Positions 46,782-57,239 are shown, counted from the stretch's first letter. The stretch is 64,000 nucleotides of DNA from Patescibacteria group bacterium (GCA_018823885.1 JAHJHG010000009.1:151751-215750); one strand, 5' to 3'. A program made the numbers and translations. The notes: generated by a model from the sequence alone, not told the origin.

Positions 46782-47309
46782 TTGAGAAATATGGATCCTC
46801 AAACAAAAGAAACTCAAAGCCAACCGGTAAGCTCAACCACTAGCCAACCAACTCAACCCACAGCAGGGCAGGCTGTGGCAAAGACTCCAGTACTTAAAAA
46901 ATTTCCTAAAAAGATATCAAAAAGAACTGCCTTTTATGCTTTAGCATCACTATTAGTAGTACTGCTTGGAGTGGGAACCGGTTGGGCTTTATCAGGTACG
47001 AAAAACACGGGTGAACCTACCTCAGCAGGAGCGCCAGGTGCTGAAACAGGGGCCAAAGAGGCAGGGATTGCTGATGAAGCTACTTTTAGAGACTCGGCGG
47101 AAGGATCTTTGGTAAAAGGAGGGATAGATGGAGAAGGTACACACCACCTTGAACGTGAGGGGGGTCCCACAAAGTATGTATATCTAACCTCAACCGTAAT
47201 TGACCTAGAAGCATTTGTTGGGAAAACCGTTACGGTATGGGGTGAAACTATTTCAGCCCAAACAGCTGGCTGGTTAATGGATGTGGGTAAAATTAAGGTT
47301 TCAGAATAG
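46782..47309 (+). CDS. Hypothetical membrane-anchored protein with a Pro/Thr/Gln-rich N-terminus
   Basis: 175 aa with one TM helix. Low-complexity regions. Confidence 0.4.
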   Translation: MRNMDPQTKETQSQPVSSTTSQPTQPTAGQAVAKTPVLKKFPKKISKRTAFYALASLLVVLLGVGTGWALSGTKNTGEPTSAGAPGAETGAKEAGIADEATFRDSAEGSLVKGGIDGEGTHHLEREGGPTKYVYLTSTVIDLEAFVGKTVTVWGETISAQTAGWLMDVGKIKVSE

Positions 47310-47398
47310 GTCCCCAGATTTTTCATATTTAAGAAACTGATTAAGAACTAGCGATATTTCGTTTAATTTGTTAATCTAAAGATTGAACTTAAACTGTC

Positions 47399-48166
47399 AT
47401 GATTAGCTTAAAAGATGTCACAAAAACTTTTGGAAAAATAAAAGCCATCGAAGATGCTACTTTCTCGGTCGATAAAGGAGAGTTTGTATTCTTGACGGGA
47501 CCATCTGGTGCCGGCAAGACAACCATCTTGAAGTTGATTTTAAGAGATTATCTTCCGGATAAGGGGAAGATCTTTTTTGAAGGTAAAGATATAGTGCGAT
47601 TGCCAGATAAATATATTCCTTCTCTTAGGCAGCAAATTGGCGTGGTTTTTCAAGACTTTAAAGTTTTGCCGGAAAGAACAGTTCGCGAAAATGTTGAAGT
47701 TGCTTTAGCAGTTAAAGGAACGCCGCTTTCAGAATGGAAGAAGCGCGTGGGTGATGTTTTGAATTTAGTAGGTTTAATTGAAAGATCTAGTCTTTTTCCT
47801 TCACAGCTTTCAGGAGGAGAGCTTCAAAGAGTTTCTCTTGCCCGAGCCTTAGTGATTAATCCTAAGATGATTTTAGCGGATGAGCCTACAGGAAATTTAG
47901 ATTGGGATACGGCAGATGAATTAATGGATTTATTTGAAAAGATTAGCAAAGAAGGGAAAACTGTCATAATGGCTACACATCATAGGGGAATTGTTGATAA
48001 ACTAAAGAAGCGGGAAATAAAGATAGATAATGGCAAGATTACCGGAGACAGCGAATCTCCTAAGAGAAAAGCGAAAGCTAAAGAAAAACCAGTAGAAAAA
48101 AAGGCTGAAGAAGAGAAAACGAAAGTAAAAGCAGAAGTTGAGGAGGTTAAAGAAAAGAAGGAATAA
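47399..48166 (+). CDS. ftsE: Cell division ATP-binding protein FtsE
   Basis: Walker A GPSGAGKTT, ABC signature LSGGELQR, Walker B ILADEPTGNLD. Lys/Glu-rich C-terminal tail. Confidence 0.85.
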   Translation: MISLKDVTKTFGKIKAIEDATFSVDKGEFVFLTGPSGAGKTTILKLILRDYLPDKGKIFFEGKDIVRLPDKYIPSLRQQIGVVFQDFKVLPERTVRENVEVALAVKGTPLSEWKKRVGDVLNLVGLIERSSLFPSQLSGGELQRVSLARALVINPKMILADEPTGNLDWDTADELMDLFEKISKEGKTVIMATHHRGIVDKLKKREIKIDNGKITGDSESPKRKAKAKEKPVEKKAEEEKTKVKAEVEEVKEKKE

Positions 48167-48172
48167 AATCTG

Positions 48173-49090
48173 ATGGCAAACATTCATTTTAGAACTGCTT
48201 TGGACTACGCAAGAAGGTCTCCATTTCAGGCCTTAGCAGCAATTTTCGTATTGGCGCTGACATTTTTTGTTGGCACTCTTTTAGCGGTATTGGTTTATTC
48301 ATCGGGCAAGGCCCTCTCTCATTTCGAGACAAGACCACAAATTATCGCATTTTTAAAGGATGACGTAACCGCAGAAGAGATTTCTTCTTTTCAAAATACA
48401 CTTAATAAAGATTCACGCGTAAAAGATGTTGCCTATGTTTCAAAAGAAGAAGCTTTGGAGATTTATAAAGATGCAACCGCCGACAACCCGCTTTTATCGG
48501 AGTTGGTAAGCCCGTCGATATTTCCTGCAAGCTTAGAATTTTCGTTGACCGACCTTAATTTTGCCGAAGAAGTTATAAACGAGGTAAAGAAAATAAGTCT
48601 CGTAGATCAAGTAGGTTTTACGGCAAGCTTAGGAGGAGAATCAACTTTGGGTGACGTTGTGACAAGGTTAAGGACAATTACTTGGTATGTCAGAATTGGC
48701 GGGGCGGTTTTTGTAGGACTTCTTGTTGGAACATCTTTATTGGTTCTTTTAGTCATTATCACTATGAGAATAACAACAAGAAGAGGAGAGATGGAAATTC
48801 TAAGTTTAATTGGGGCCACTAAAAAGTTTATTAGAAGTCCAATAATTATGGAGGCTTTAATTTATGCTTTTGTCGGTGTTTTCCTTGGCTGGATTTTTGC
48901 TTTGATATTAGTTCTCTACGCAACACCAGGCATTGTTTCATATTTTGGAGAAATTCCTGTTTTGCCAAGAGACACTGTACAATTATTCATTCTAATGGGT
49001 ATTATATTGGCGGTTGAGATTGTAGTAGGTGTATCGCTGGCATTATTCGGAAGCACCCTTGCAATCTCAAGAGTGCGCCGACGCAAATGA
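48173..49090 (+). CDS. ftsX: Cell division permease FtsX
   Basis: One TM helix, a periplasmic domain, then three TM helices. Directly downstream of ftsE. 305 aa. Confidence 0.8.
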   Translation: MANIHFRTALDYARRSPFQALAAIFVLALTFFVGTLLAVLVYSSGKALSHFETRPQIIAFLKDDVTAEEISSFQNTLNKDSRVKDVAYVSKEEALEIYKDATADNPLLSELVSPSIFPASLEFSLTDLNFAEEVINEVKKISLVDQVGFTASLGGESTLGDVVTRLRTITWYVRIGGAVFVGLLVGTSLLVLLVIITMRITTRRGEMEILSLIGATKKFIRSPIIMEALIYAFVGVFLGWIFALILVLYATPGIVSYFGEIPVLPRDTVQLFILMGIILAVEIVVGVSLALFGSTLAISRVRRRK

Positions 49091-50274
49091 AAAAAATTAA
49101 CCCCAAGAGGTTGTTCTTCGCAATTCTATTCTCGCTCCTATTAGCAGCGGGACTCTTTAAGGTTGGCTCCCATTTTGTTGTAGCTCAAACACCAGACGAG
49201 AAATTACAAGAACTGAATGATCAAATCAAGCAATATGAAGCCGAGCTTTCTCGTCTGAAAAGCCAATCAAATACTTTATCTAATCAGATTGCCCAATTTG
49301 ATGCCCAGATTAGGCTAACAACCCTTAAGATTCAGGAAACCCAAGAAAAAATATTATTACTTGGTGGCAGGATTGATCAACTCGAGGTTTCATTAGAAGC
49401 TTTAACCGAAGCTTTTTCTACTCGAGCCACAGAGATTTACAAGATGACTCGGTTGGGGGATTCTTTAATTTTACTTATCACTGCCTCTGATTTGAATGAA
49501 GCAGTATCCAGATATTATTACCTTCATAAAATTCAAGAGGCAGATAGGGATTTATTAGTAAGACTTCAAGAAGCACAAGATGTGTATGAAGAGGAAAAAG
49601 TGGACCAGGAGGATTTACATGCTCAGTTGGAACAACAAGGCCAAGTGTTGGGTGCCCAAAAAGCTGCTAAGGCTAATTTATTGGCTGTTACCAAAAATGA
49701 CGAGAAGAAATATCAAGATTTATTGTCTCAAGCGGTTGCACAGAAAAATGCGTTTTTAAGATTCGTTTCAGGACAAGGCGGGGCAAGTATCCTTGAAAAC
49801 CAAACTACTCACGATGACTGGGGTTATTATTACAACCAGCGGGATTCTCAATGGGGAAATAATTCTTTGGGCCTGAGTGGGCTCTCTGTTGCTAATTACG
49901 GGTGCTTAATTACTTCAGTTTCAATGATTGCCTCTCATCATGGAATAAATATTAAACCTTCAGACATTGCATCTAATCCGGATGCGTTTTTTGGTAGTAC
50001 CGCTTTTATGTTACACCAATATGAAGTGAATAATGTTGATGTCCGAGTACAGGTTCCCTCAGTGTCCATATTAGATAGTGAGTTGGCTGCAGGCAGGCCT
50101 GTGATAGCAGGTCTATATAACGAATATTCTCCTGAGCACTTTATCGTTATATTAAGAAAAGAAGGAGATCAATATATCATGCACGACCCTTTCTTGGAAA
50201 ACGGGGCTAACCGTCTATTAACAGACAGATATAATGTTTCAGACATAAAGACCTTGCGTCTTGTTAGTTTTTAA
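49087..50274 (+). CDS. FtsEX-associated coiled-coil protein with a C-terminal Cys/His papain-like (CHAP/C39-like) peptidoglycan hydrolase domain (PcsB/EnvC analogue)
   Basis: Signal peptide. ~200 aa of coiled coil. A C-terminal domain with YGCLITSVSMIASHHG (candidate catalytic Cys) and a downstream EHFIVIL...HDP. ATGA overlap with ftsX. Confidence 0.5.
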   Translation: MKKINPKRLFFAILFSLLLAAGLFKVGSHFVVAQTPDEKLQELNDQIKQYEAELSRLKSQSNTLSNQIAQFDAQIRLTTLKIQETQEKILLLGGRIDQLEVSLEALTEAFSTRATEIYKMTRLGDSLILLITASDLNEAVSRYYYLHKIQEADRDLLVRLQEAQDVYEEEKVDQEDLHAQLEQQGQVLGAQKAAKANLLAVTKNDEKKYQDLLSQAVAQKNAFLRFVSGQGGASILENQTTHDDWGYYYNQRDSQWGNNSLGLSGLSVANYGCLITSVSMIASHHGINIKPSDIASNPDAFFGSTAFMLHQYEVNNVDVRVQVPSVSILDSELAAGRPVIAGLYNEYSPEHFIVILRKEGDQYIMHDPFLENGANRLLTDRYNVSDIKTLRLVSF

Positions 50275-50293
50275 GTAACACAAAACCTGCCTG

Positions 50294-51151
50294 ATGCGGA
50301 ACATAATATTCTTTTTTCTTATTTTTTTTGTTTTTACTTTTATCTTTACTTCTAAAGTTTCCGCACAGGTTGAAATAAAAATAAATGAAGTTTTGCCGAA
50401 TCCTTCTGGGGACGATAAAGAAGGTGAATGGATTGAAATATATAATTCTAGTGATACGCCTTTTGTAATCGATGGATATAAGCTTAGTGATAGAAACGAT
50501 AAACAAATTGTTCTATCTGGCTCCGTGGAAAAATGGTTGGTAATTTATCCAAAAGGGGAGAGTGGGTTTGCTGTTGCGAATAGCGACAGCACAACGATTA
50601 CATTACTTGGGCCAGATGATAGCGAAATAGATAAATTTATTTATGTAGGATCAAGCGAGGATAAAAGTTGGGGAAGGATTCCAGATGGGGGTGGAATAAA
50701 TTCCGAGAAACTGAATCCAACTCCTGGTGGAGCGAATGAAGCGCCACCAATTCCAACTCCCACTTCAAATCCCACACCAAATCCAACATCAACCCCTGTG
50801 CCAACCGAGAGTCCAACACCAAAACCTACAGTTTTAGCGGTTGCTACCAAAAGGCCGACAATAACTCCACGACCTGTTGTTAATAATAATGAAGGAGATG
50901 ACGGTGATTATGTATTGGGTTTGAGAGATGGGTTATCATCTCCTTCTCCAGATCCCGAAGAGGAGGTTGAGAAAAAATTTCCTTTTATGGCCGGCCTTTT
51001 TCTTGTTGGTGGTACAGGCTTAATTGGTATTGCTGGATACACCTTTATTAAAAATGGGAAGAAAGAATATAATAAAGACAGCAAAAAAAAGAGAAATGAT
51101 GGATTCAATAAAATTGAAATCAAAGGAAACGATAGCAAGGAAAGTTCTTAA
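50294..51151 (+). CDS. Lamin-tail-domain (LTD) secreted protein with a Pro/Thr-rich linker and C-terminal TM anchor
   Basis: Signal peptide. The LTD signature KINEVLPNPSGDDKEGEWIEIYN. A PTPTSNPTPNPTSTP linker. A C-terminal hydrophobic helix. Confidence 0.55.
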   Translation: MRNIIFFFLIFFVFTFIFTSKVSAQVEIKINEVLPNPSGDDKEGEWIEIYNSSDTPFVIDGYKLSDRNDKQIVLSGSVEKWLVIYPKGESGFAVANSDSTTITLLGPDDSEIDKFIYVGSSEDKSWGRIPDGGGINSEKLNPTPGGANEAPPIPTPTSNPTPNPTSTPVPTESPTPKPTVLAVATKRPTITPRPVVNNNEGDDGDYVLGLRDGLSSPSPDPEEEVEKKFPFMAGLFLVGGTGLIGIAGYTFIKNGKKEYNKDSKKKRNDGFNKIEIKGNDSKESS

Positions 51152-51545
51152 GTATTGGTTTCCAGTTGTTGTTTGGTCATTAGTTATCTTCTATTTCTCT
51201 TCTTTGCCGACTGCACCAATAACAAAAGTGTATTGGAGAGAATTTATTATTAAAAAATCGGCTCATGTTTTTGAATATGCGATATACGCCGCATTAATGT
51301 ACCGTGCGTTGAAAGAAAGTGGAGTTGAAAAAAGAGAAGCCGGTGTTTATTCAATTATATTGGCCATCGTATATGGAATTTCGGATGAGTTTCATCAATC
51401 TTTCACTCCAGGAAGGGATCCGCGATTGCGCGATATCATTTTTGATACAATAGGAGCTTCACTGGCTATCTATACAATATGGAAACTATTACCAACAGCG
51501 CCCAAGAAACTAAAGACTTGGGCAAAAAGACTGCAGTTAATTTAA
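51096..51545 (+). CDS. VanZ-like family membrane protein
   Basis: VanZ-like motifs (SAHVFEYAIYAAL, DEFHQSFTPGR). Four TM helices. Start taken at the ATG at 51096, which overlaps the previous gene's end. Confidence 0.55.
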   Translation: MMDSIKLKSKETIARKVLKYWFPVVVWSLVIFYFSSLPTAPITKVYWREFIIKKSAHVFEYAIYAALMYRALKESGVEKREAGVYSIILAIVYGISDEFHQSFTPGRDPRLRDIIFDTIGASLAIYTIWKLLPTAPKKLKTWAKRLQLI

Positions 51546-51904
51546 AGGGTGGCGAGACGTTAGCTCTAACAGGTGAGCTGGGTAGCGGAAAAACAACTTT
51601 CATTCAGGGATTGGCGGAAGGCTTTGGAATAAAAGGACGAATAATTTCTCCTACCTTCATACTGATGAGAAAGTATGTGGCTTCAAAGTTTGACTTTTAT
51701 CATATTGATTTTTATAGACTTGAAGATGGTTTGGAAAACGAAGTTAAAAACTTAGGAGTCGATGATACTTGGGGAAAGAATGATAATGTTGTTGCGATAG
51801 AGTGGGCGGAGAAGATTGAGAATGCCTTACCGCAGGAAGTTATTTGGATAAGGTTTGAAAATTTAGGCGAGGATAAAAGAAAAATATTGATTGAAGGTAT
51901 ATGA
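51479..51904 (+). CDS. tsaE: tRNA threonylcarbamoyladenosine biosynthesis protein TsaE
   Basis: LTGELGSGKTTFIQGLA P-loop and the conserved FxHxDxYRL motif (FYHIDFYRL). Overlaps the vanZ-like gene's end by 67 nt unless an internal TTG start is used. Confidence 0.7.
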   Translation: METITNSAQETKDLGKKTAVNLKGGETLALTGELGSGKTTFIQGLAEGFGIKGRIISPTFILMRKYVASKFDFYHIDFYRLEDGLENEVKNLGVDDTWGKNDNVVAIEWAEKIENALPQEVIWIRFENLGEDKRKILIEGI

Positions 51905-52893
51905 AAAAAAAGATATTAGTAACAGGTGGAGCTGGATATATCGGGAGCTTCATTGTCCGGGAGCTTAAAAATGAGGGTTATGGCGTGGTTATTGTAGATA
52001 ATCTATCTCAAGGTCACAAGGAAGCCGTTCCGGGGTTTGAATTTCATAAAATTGATCTGGTAAGGGAAAAAATAAAACTAGAAACATTATTTAAAAAGAA
52101 TAAATTTGTTGGCGTCATTCATATGGCCAGTTTTATTCAAATGGGCGAGTCATTTAAAAATCCAAATAAATATTTTCAGAATAATTTAATTGGGGTGATG
52201 AATTTACTGGACGTAATGTTAGAAAACAATGTTAATAAAATAGTTTTTTCTTCCTCCGCTGGTGTCTATGGTAGCCCCAAAAAATTGCCTATCAAAGAAG
52301 ATGATCCTAAAAACCCTGAAAATCCGTATGGAGAAACAAAGTTGATGATCGAAGACATTCTTCGCTGGTTTGATAAAGCATATGATTTTAAATCCGTGAG
52401 CATTAGATATTTTAATGCAGCTGGCGCAGCTTTGGACGGATCAATTGGAGAAGCACATCCAAATGAGAGCCACATTATTCCTTTAATATTAAAGGCAGTT
52501 CTTGCAGGAAGAGAGTTTACTCTTTTTGGCGATGATTATGATACTCCGGATGGCACTTGTGTTAGAGATTATGTTCATGTTTTAGACTTAGCAAAAGCAC
52601 ATACGGCGGCTATTCAATATTTAATTAATGGAGGAAAAACTAATCAATATAATGCCGGGACAGGAGGGGGTTACTCAAACAAAGAAATTGTTGAGGAAGT
52701 TAAGAAAGTGGCTGGAGATTTCAAAGTCAAAATGGGGCCACGCAGACCAGGAGATGCCGATACTTTATATGCTTCAATAGATAAAATTAAAAAAGATTTA
52801 GGTTGGGAGCCAAAATATAAACTAAAGGATATAATCAAGACTGCTTACAAGTGGCACAAAAGCCATCCAGATGGCTACAAAGGTAAAAAATGA
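51901..52893 (+). CDS. galE: UDP-glucose 4-epimerase
   Basis: Rossmann VTGGAGYIGS. Catalytic SSSAGVYG...YGETK (S...YxxxK). 330 aa. Confidence 0.85.
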   Translation: MKKKILVTGGAGYIGSFIVRELKNEGYGVVIVDNLSQGHKEAVPGFEFHKIDLVREKIKLETLFKKNKFVGVIHMASFIQMGESFKNPNKYFQNNLIGVMNLLDVMLENNVNKIVFSSSAGVYGSPKKLPIKEDDPKNPENPYGETKLMIEDILRWFDKAYDFKSVSIRYFNAAGAALDGSIGEAHPNESHIIPLILKAVLAGREFTLFGDDYDTPDGTCVRDYVHVLDLAKAHTAAIQYLINGGKTNQYNAGTGGGYSNKEIVEEVKKVAGDFKVKMGPRRPGDADTLYASIDKIKKDLGWEPKYKLKDIIKTAYKWHKSHPDGYKGKK

Positions 52894-53198
52894 AACTATA
52901 TATAGACACATCGGACGGTAAAAAAATAATAGTTGGTGTTGATGATGAGAAGTTTGAAACAGAAGCAAGGAAGGAGAAGTCTCAAAAACTTCTTCCTTTT
53001 ATAGATGAACTTTTAAAGAAGCAAGGAAAGAAAATAAAAGATATAACGGAAATAGAGGTTAATACGGGACCAGGGTCTTACACTGGCCTAAGAGTAGGAG
53101 TATCGGTTGCTAACGCGATTGGGTGGGCCTTAGATATCCCTGTCAACGGTAAGGATATAAAAAAGGGTGATACGGTAGAAATAAAATACGAAACTTAA
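52890..53198 (+). CDS. tsaB: Truncated TsaB-like protein (N-terminal YeaZ/TsaB domain only)
   Basis: NTGPGSYTGLRVGVSVANAIG matches the TsaB/TsaD-fold signature. Only 102 aa, where canonical TsaB is ~230 aa. Confidence 0.5.
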   Translation: MKLYIDTSDGKKIIVGVDDEKFETEARKEKSQKLLPFIDELLKKQGKKIKDITEIEVNTGPGSYTGLRVGVSVANAIGWALDIPVNGKDIKKGDTVEIKYET

Positions 53199-53223
53199 TA
53201 ATAGGCTCCGTGAGTGGATTACG

Positions 53224-56200
53224 TTGACAAGTACCATAAGACAGTGTATACAGAGGGCACTACTCAATATAATGTCTGACAAGATTTTATTTAAAATATT
53301 GTCTGCTGTGGCTTGTGTCTCATTGCTTCTTAATTCTTTTTTGGGAATTTTATTATACCCACAAACCATTTTTGCTGAAGAGGTAATCGAGAGTACAGAA
53401 TTGGAATTGATTGAAGAGGTGGTGTCAACTCCTGAGGCAAACCCGACGTCGTTACCAGCTTCTGACACAGATGAAATAGAAAAAGAATTACCTGAAACAT
53501 TAGAGGTAGAATTAGAGGAAAGCCCTGTGGTGGAAGAATCAGCTAGTTTGGTAGTTTCACTTTGGATTGAAAACGAAGATGGTTCAGTTACTACCAGTTC
53601 AACAGTTGGTGAAGGGGTGGAGTACTATTATAAAGATACTCAAACAAAAGTTGTTTTTACAAAACTTACAGAACCCGGTTACTTAACTATTAGAGAATTT
53701 GATCCTGAGGATGCTGAAGAATTAGGAATTTTAGGAAAGGCCTACGAAATCACTTCCGATATGCAGAATGGCACTTTCCTATATGATTTGACGCTTCCTC
53801 TTTCTGAAGAAGTGGGGGATGATTTTGAAATTAAATATGCCGAGAATGGAGATAGTTTAGATAATGCGCAAGTTGTTGAAGAACTCAAAGAGGAAAATGA
53901 GAATACAGTAACAATACGAGGATTAGACCATTTTACTGTTTTTATTGTTACCGATGATGAAGCAGATTATGATGGCGGGACATGGATAGATTACGCTACA
54001 CAAGGTTATTATAGTGACGGCGTTCATTATCCACTTACGGTTCCGGTTGGGCAAACTGCAACCTGGACTTTTTCTGGGATCACACCAGGAATTTACTCTG
54101 TCTATATTAGCTGGTCAACTGATATTAACAGAACTACAGCAGCGCCTTATACCCTTAATTATAGTGGCAGCTCAACATCTTTTGAGATAAATCAAGAATT
54201 ACTTGCAGATCAATCAACTGTAGGGGGAGTGGGTGAATGGTCCGGCTGGTATTCTCTAGGGGAATACTCTTTAGATACTAGCTCAACACTTGTTTTAGCT
54301 TCGGTTGAGAACTCTTCCGAATTGGATTATGTAATTGCTGATGAAATTTTAATAAGCCAAGCACCGGTTATTGTTTCTCCTTTAAATAATTCTTTTCTTA
54401 AAACATCTGAATTACTAAAAATAGATTGGACAGACTCAGTTGGGAATGGACCTTTTACCTATCGATATCAAGCATTTTCTGATGAAGGTTATTTAGTAAA
54501 TCGGTATGGACCGACTGCCTGGTTTTCTGGCTCTGAAATACCGACTCCAAATACTCCAGAGGGTGTCTACTATGTTCAGATTCAGGCTAAGGATGCAAAT
54601 GGAAATGAGACTGATTGGAGCAATGGAGCGGGTGATCCTTATAAAATCACCGTTGACAATACTGCCCCGTTAATTACTTGGGATATGCCGATTGATGGCT
54701 CAACTCATAATGGGGCAATACATTTGAAAGCTCTTTGTAATGAAAATTGTGATTATGTGAATTTCTGGTGGAGAGAAGAAAGTGAAACATACAGTTCATC
54801 ATTAAAACGATACCACTATGTTTATGTAGATGGAACAGAATTTGAGTGGGACCTGAATACGCTGAATGCTGAAAGGGCGGACGGCACATTTTATCAAATG
54901 ACAGATGGGACATATTACCTATATGCGGCTGGAAAAGATATCGCAGGAAATTGGGCCAGAACGCCGGATATTCAAATTATTGTTGACAATACGGCTCCGA
55001 CAGCTGATTTAATTTTCCCGATTCCAGGAGCTTCTTCCACTTCTTTTGAGGTAACTTTTAGTGAAAATGTTGTTGTTAGTGAAGCAGAAAATCCTGCTAA
55101 CTACTTTTTGAATAATTGGCCTGGAGCTGGAGGATCAGGAGATCTCTCTGGAGATGTATCAATTGTTTATGATTCTTCAACAAAAACATCGACAATTATA
55201 TTTATGAATTCTTCGTGGTATATTTCAGCCGAACAAGAATGGGGTGTGCAGAATATTCACGATCTAGCGGGTAATTTGTTAAGTCCAAATCCTACGATCG
55301 AAACTTCGACACCAATGATTAATCCCGATATTCCTGGGTTACCAGTTACCCTACCCAATCCTACTAATAATATTAGCCAAACTTGGAATTGGATGCCATC
55401 AATTGACCCGGGAGGAGTTTTTGCTTCTGGGATAAAAGGATATTATTCACGAATTTATGATTCATTATTAAGTGGTTTTTCGGGTGATTGGGTTTATATA
55501 GGAAATGTTTTAGGAACAATAACAAATCTAAATGAAGGAAGCTGGAAATTCTATCTTAAATCCGAAGATAGAGCTGGCAATCAAAGTGGAGAAGTTGAAT
55601 CTGAAAACTTAGTGATAGATACCACTGCTCCAGCCATGCCGACTGGCCTCAAATTTCAATCACAAAACAGGACACAAAATTTTGCTTGTGGCGCGACCGT
55701 TCCACTGCAAGTTGCTATTCCGGACTGGGATGATATAACAGGGGATCCAACATTTTCTCATTATGAATACACTTCTTTTCACCCCAACGGAAGTATTGGA
55801 TTAAATGAGCAAGTTTTGACTGTATCCGAACTCAATAATTCATGGATGCCGCCGGCAGATGGTGCATATGGATACGCTGTTAGATCGGTGGATTTTGCAG
55901 GCAATAAATCAGATTGGGCACTTTCAGCAAAAACATTGGCGGGAAGTTGTCGGATAATTTATGATTCGACAGCTCCTACTAAGCCTGTATTTACTGCACC
56001 GGCAAATAATCTTTTCACAAATGTAAACTTTGTTACCTTAACCTGGTCTGAAGGTGATGATACAGGGATAATTCAATCAGGGATTAAGGGGTATACAATC
56101 CGTTACGATTTTGTTCCTATGGGTGGCGGATTTACAATTGCTTGGACTTCTAATCTCATAGCAAATGGTAATCCCAAAACACACAGTGGTATTTATGGAC

Positions 56201-57165
56201 ATGGACAAGGCACATATACTATCTATGTTTCCACGACAGACAATGCGGGAAACGTCAGTGCTGAGAGCAATCCTCTAACTCTGAACTATGATGCAACGGC
56301 TCCCGTTGTTACATGGACCAGTCCAGCCGAAGGCGTTGTCATTTCAGGTTCGACAGTTGTTGGTACTGATGCCACTGACAGTTTCTCTGGTGTTAAGTCT
56401 GTAACCTATTCTTATCAAAAAGTAGGTGAAGGTACCTGGTCTGCACTAGATATCAAAACAAGTTTTCCCTATGAGACCATTTGGGACACAACTGGTCTTC
56501 CACTTGGCGATTACACTTTAAGAGCTATTGCTGAAGATAATGCTGGTAACAACAGCACAGAAATATTCCGCTCTGTTGGTGTTGCTGCTGTTATCTCAGG
56601 TGAATTTTGGAGTCGGCCAGGATGGGGTGAAATTACTATTAATTGGACCACAGACAGACCAACTGATGGCAGAGTTGTATATGACACAGTAAGTCATCCA
56701 ATTAACCTTACTCATCCTAATTATGGATATGCCAACACCAGTGGTACAGTTGATACTTCTCCAAAAACTTTAAGTCACACAGTAATTCTATCTGGACTTT
56801 CAAATGGGGTGACATATTATTGGCGTACCGTTTCCGCTGGATCACCGACGGCAATTAGCGCCGAACGTAGAGGTGATACCTTCAGTATTCCAGGAGGAAG
56901 CACAGGCGGAGGAGGAACTGTGGTTGGGCTAGCCACAAGCACAACACCCTTTGCTTATGATGCATTTGAAGTAATTACCGCCACAGAAGAAGAGAATTCT
57001 GGAGATATACTAGGAGAAGAAGCAGAGATTGTTACAGAAGAGCCCGAAACAGCCTTTAATGAAGCCGTAGACACTTTAACAAGGACGACTAAGGGTAGAA
57101 TTGCAGCTATTGGTGCTTTTGTGATTGGTTTAATTCTTTTCTTCTTCACTAGGCGCAGGCGTTAA
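53224..57165 (+). CDS. Giant cell-surface protein (1313 aa) with repeated Ig-like/fibronectin-like modules and a C-terminal TM anchor
   Basis: Signal/anchor at the N-terminus. Multiple modules begin VDNTAP/IDTTAP/YDSTAP/YDATAP. C-terminal hydrophobic helix followed by RRRR. Confidence 0.6.
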   Translation: MTSTIRQCIQRALLNIMSDKILFKILSAVACVSLLLNSFLGILLYPQTIFAEEVIESTELELIEEVVSTPEANPTSLPASDTDEIEKELPETLEVELEESPVVEESASLVVSLWIENEDGSVTTSSTVGEGVEYYYKDTQTKVVFTKLTEPGYLTIREFDPEDAEELGILGKAYEITSDMQNGTFLYDLTLPLSEEVGDDFEIKYAENGDSLDNAQVVEELKEENENTVTIRGLDHFTVFIVTDDEADYDGGTWIDYATQGYYSDGVHYPLTVPVGQTATWTFSGITPGIYSVYISWSTDINRTTAAPYTLNYSGSSTSFEINQELLADQSTVGGVGEWSGWYSLGEYSLDTSSTLVLASVENSSELDYVIADEILISQAPVIVSPLNNSFLKTSELLKIDWTDSVGNGPFTYRYQAFSDEGYLVNRYGPTAWFSGSEIPTPNTPEGVYYVQIQAKDANGNETDWSNGAGDPYKITVDNTAPLITWDMPIDGSTHNGAIHLKALCNENCDYVNFWWREESETYSSSLKRYHYVYVDGTEFEWDLNTLNAERADGTFYQMTDGTYYLYAAGKDIAGNWARTPDIQIIVDNTAPTADLIFPIPGASSTSFEVTFSENVVVSEAENPANYFLNNWPGAGGSGDLSGDVSIVYDSSTKTSTIIFMNSSWYISAEQEWGVQNIHDLAGNLLSPNPTIETSTPMINPDIPGLPVTLPNPTNNISQTWNWMPSIDPGGVFASGIKGYYSRIYDSLLSGFSGDWVYIGNVLGTITNLNEGSWKFYLKSEDRAGNQSGEVESENLVIDTTAPAMPTGLKFQSQNRTQNFACGATVPLQVAIPDWDDITGDPTFSHYEYTSFHPNGSIGLNEQVLTVSELNNSWMPPADGAYGYAVRSVDFAGNKSDWALSAKTLAGSCRIIYDSTAPTKPVFTAPANNLFTNVNFVTLTWSEGDDTGIIQSGIKGYTIRYDFVPMGGGFTIAWTSNLIANGNPKTHSGIYGHGQGTYTIYVSTTDNAGNVSAESNPLTLNYDATAPVVTWTSPAEGVVISGSTVVGTDATDSFSGVKSVTYSYQKVGEGTWSALDIKTSFPYETIWDTTGLPLGDYTLRAIAEDNAGNNSTEIFRSVGVAAVISGEFWSRPGWGEITINWTTDRPTDGRVVYDTVSHPINLTHPNYGYANTSGTVDTSPKTLSHTVILSGLSNGVTYYWRTVSAGSPTAISAERRGDTFSIPGGSTGGGGTVVGLATSTTPFAYDAFEVITATEEENSGDILGEEAEIVTEEPETAFNEAVDTLTRTTKGRIAAIGAFVIGLILFFFTRRRR

Positions 57166-57239
57166 TTTTTTCAACTTGCATGTAGAACGATTCTAAAGAA
57201 GTCGAAAGAGCAGGTAAAAAGTATAGCTAACCCTCAAAA

